DNA from: Candidatus Moraniibacteriota bacterium
GTDB lineage: Bacteria > Patescibacteriota > Minisyncoccia > Moranbacterales > UBA1568
Reading direction: 5' to 3'
Assembly (NCBI GenBank): GCA_016182385.1
Contig: JACPGV010000002.1
Span: forward strand, 55,553-119,552
DNA length: 64,000 nucleotides
Part shown: piece by piece, positions 62,884 through 64,000 of the stretch
Layout of the letters: the number at the start of each line of letters is the position of its first letter
Numbering within the stretch: position 1 is the first letter of the stretch
The notes under the pieces: generated by a model
Databases searched by the model: none
What the model was told of the DNA's origin: nothing
The model's input: only the letters and a program-made list of their open reading frames with translations
Position numbers and translations under genes: made by a program

Positions 62884-64000
62884 ATGTACGATATCATTAT
62901 TAAAAATGGCACGGTGATCGATGGGAGCGGTCGACCAATGTATCGGGCCGATCTTGCCGTGAGCGAGGGACGTATCGCGGCGATTGGTGATGTGGGAGCA
63001 GCGGGAGCCGAGCGCGTGATCGATGCCACCGGACAGTATGTTTGTCCGGGCTTTATCGATGTCAACAATCACTCTGACACCTATTGGCAACTCTTGGCTA
63101 ATCCGGAATTGGAAAGTCTTCTGTATCAGGGAGTGACCACGGTCATCGGTGGCAATTCCGGTTCATCTTTGGCACCGCTTACTGATCCGAAAATTATCCG
63201 ATCTATTCAAAAGTGGACAGACGTAGAAAAAATAAATTTCAATTGGCTGTCGATGGAGGAATTTTTGAATGAGATAGAGAAAAGGCGTCCGGCCGTGAAC
63301 TTTGCAACATTGGTAGGTCATGGAACGATGCGTCGCGGTGTTATGTATGACAGGACGCGTACCATTACTCCGGAAGAGATACGTATGATGGAACAAATGC
63401 TGGAACGTTCTTTCGAAGAGGGGGCCATCGGCCTTTCCACGGGTCTCAAGTATACGCATGCCGCCGGAGCGGGGATGCGAGAACTGTCTACATTGGCGAA
63501 AATAGTCGCTTCTTTTGATGGTGTGTATGCCACGTACGTACGTGATGAAGGCGAGGGTCTGGTAAAATCCGTGGAAGAAACTATCGCGATAGCGCGCAAT
63601 ACCGGAGTGAAACTTCATATTTCACATTTGAAAGCCGTGGGGAAGAAAAATTGGCCGCTGATGGATGAAGTATTCAATCACATTGAGGCGGCGGCGCTTA
63701 ACGATGTGCGTATCAGTTTTGATGTTTATCCGTATACGACGACGGGATCGGTATTGTATACATTTTTGCCGGAATGGGTGACCAATGAAGGACGGAAAAT
63801 GATGCTGGCTCGTTTGCGTGATCCGGGAGTGAGAAGTACCGTTATTCGTGATATGCAGAAAAAAGACATTGATTACTCCGAGATAGTTATCGCTTCTTCA
63901 GATTTGAGTAAAATGCTTTCACGACGCAAGATTTCTGATTTGGCTCTTTTGTACGGAAAGTCACCCGAAGAAACCGTACTCGATTTTCTTATCGCCAGCA
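62884..64000 (+). CDS. N-acyl-D-amino-acid deacylase-like amidohydrolase (truncated by window end; metal ligands altered)
   Basis: Not in ORF track. MYDIIIKNGTVIDGSG...ADLAV..GRIAAIG...IDATGQYVCPGFIDVNNHSD...QGVTT...GA.GLSTGL.Y...HISHLK...FDVYPY. Confidence 0.88.
   Translation, partial: MYDIIIKNGTVIDGSGRPMYRADLAVSEGRIAAIGDVGAAGAERVIDATGQYVCPGFIDVNNHSDTYWQLLANPELESLLYQGVTTVIGGNSGSSLAPLTDPKIIRSIQKWTDVEKINFNWLSMEEFLNEIEKRRPAVNFATLVGHGTMRRGVMYDRTRTITPEEIRMMEQMLERSFEEGAIGLSTGLKYTHAAGAGMRELSTLAKIVASFDGVYATYVRDEGEGLVKSVEETIAIARNTGVKLHISHLKAVGKKNWPLMDEVFNHIEAAALNDVRISFDVYPYTTTGSVLYTFLPEWVTNEGRKMMLARLRDPGVRSTVIRDMQKKDIDYSEIVIASSDLSKMLSRRKISDLALLYGKSPEETVLDFLIAS

Overview
Core housekeeping region of a Patescibacteria/CPR bacterium (Parcubacteria-like, possibly Moranbacteria; the lineage call is an inference). 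It uses genetic code 11 and is almost entirely + strand. Contents: rpoB-rpoC, ftsK-rodZ-recA, rpsF-ssb-rpsR-efp, gyrB, rplY, pth, lepB-hisS-HIT-rpsU-yqeY-ybeY-dgkA-ftsA-ftsZ-nrdR, a split comEC, ndk, tRNA-Pro(GGG), rpmB, fused str-S10-spc clusters (no rpmD/L30), secY-adk-map and a GT2-galT-tpiA-fba-gap block. No transposase, prophage or CRISPR array was seen. The unusual signal is mainly intergenic and centres on translation initiation. (1) A free-standing ~175-nt structured RNA gene (24646-24823) has a perfect sigma70 promoter and a terminator, and displays a 16S-3'-tail-like anti-Shine-Dalgarno loop (AUCCCUCCUA). (2) In an SD-poor window, rpsU carries the strongest SD, and bS21/bS18 appear to carry residues reminiscent of the Bacteroidia anti-SD-sequestration system. 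(3) There are structured leaders before rpoB, rpsF, rpsU and rplC. (4) A structured small-ORF transcription unit precedes tRNA-Pro. (5) A degenerate tRNA-Pro copy is split at its anticodon loop by a two-hairpin insert with a 6-bp direct repeat. All RNA structures were paired by eye, with no folding software or database searches.
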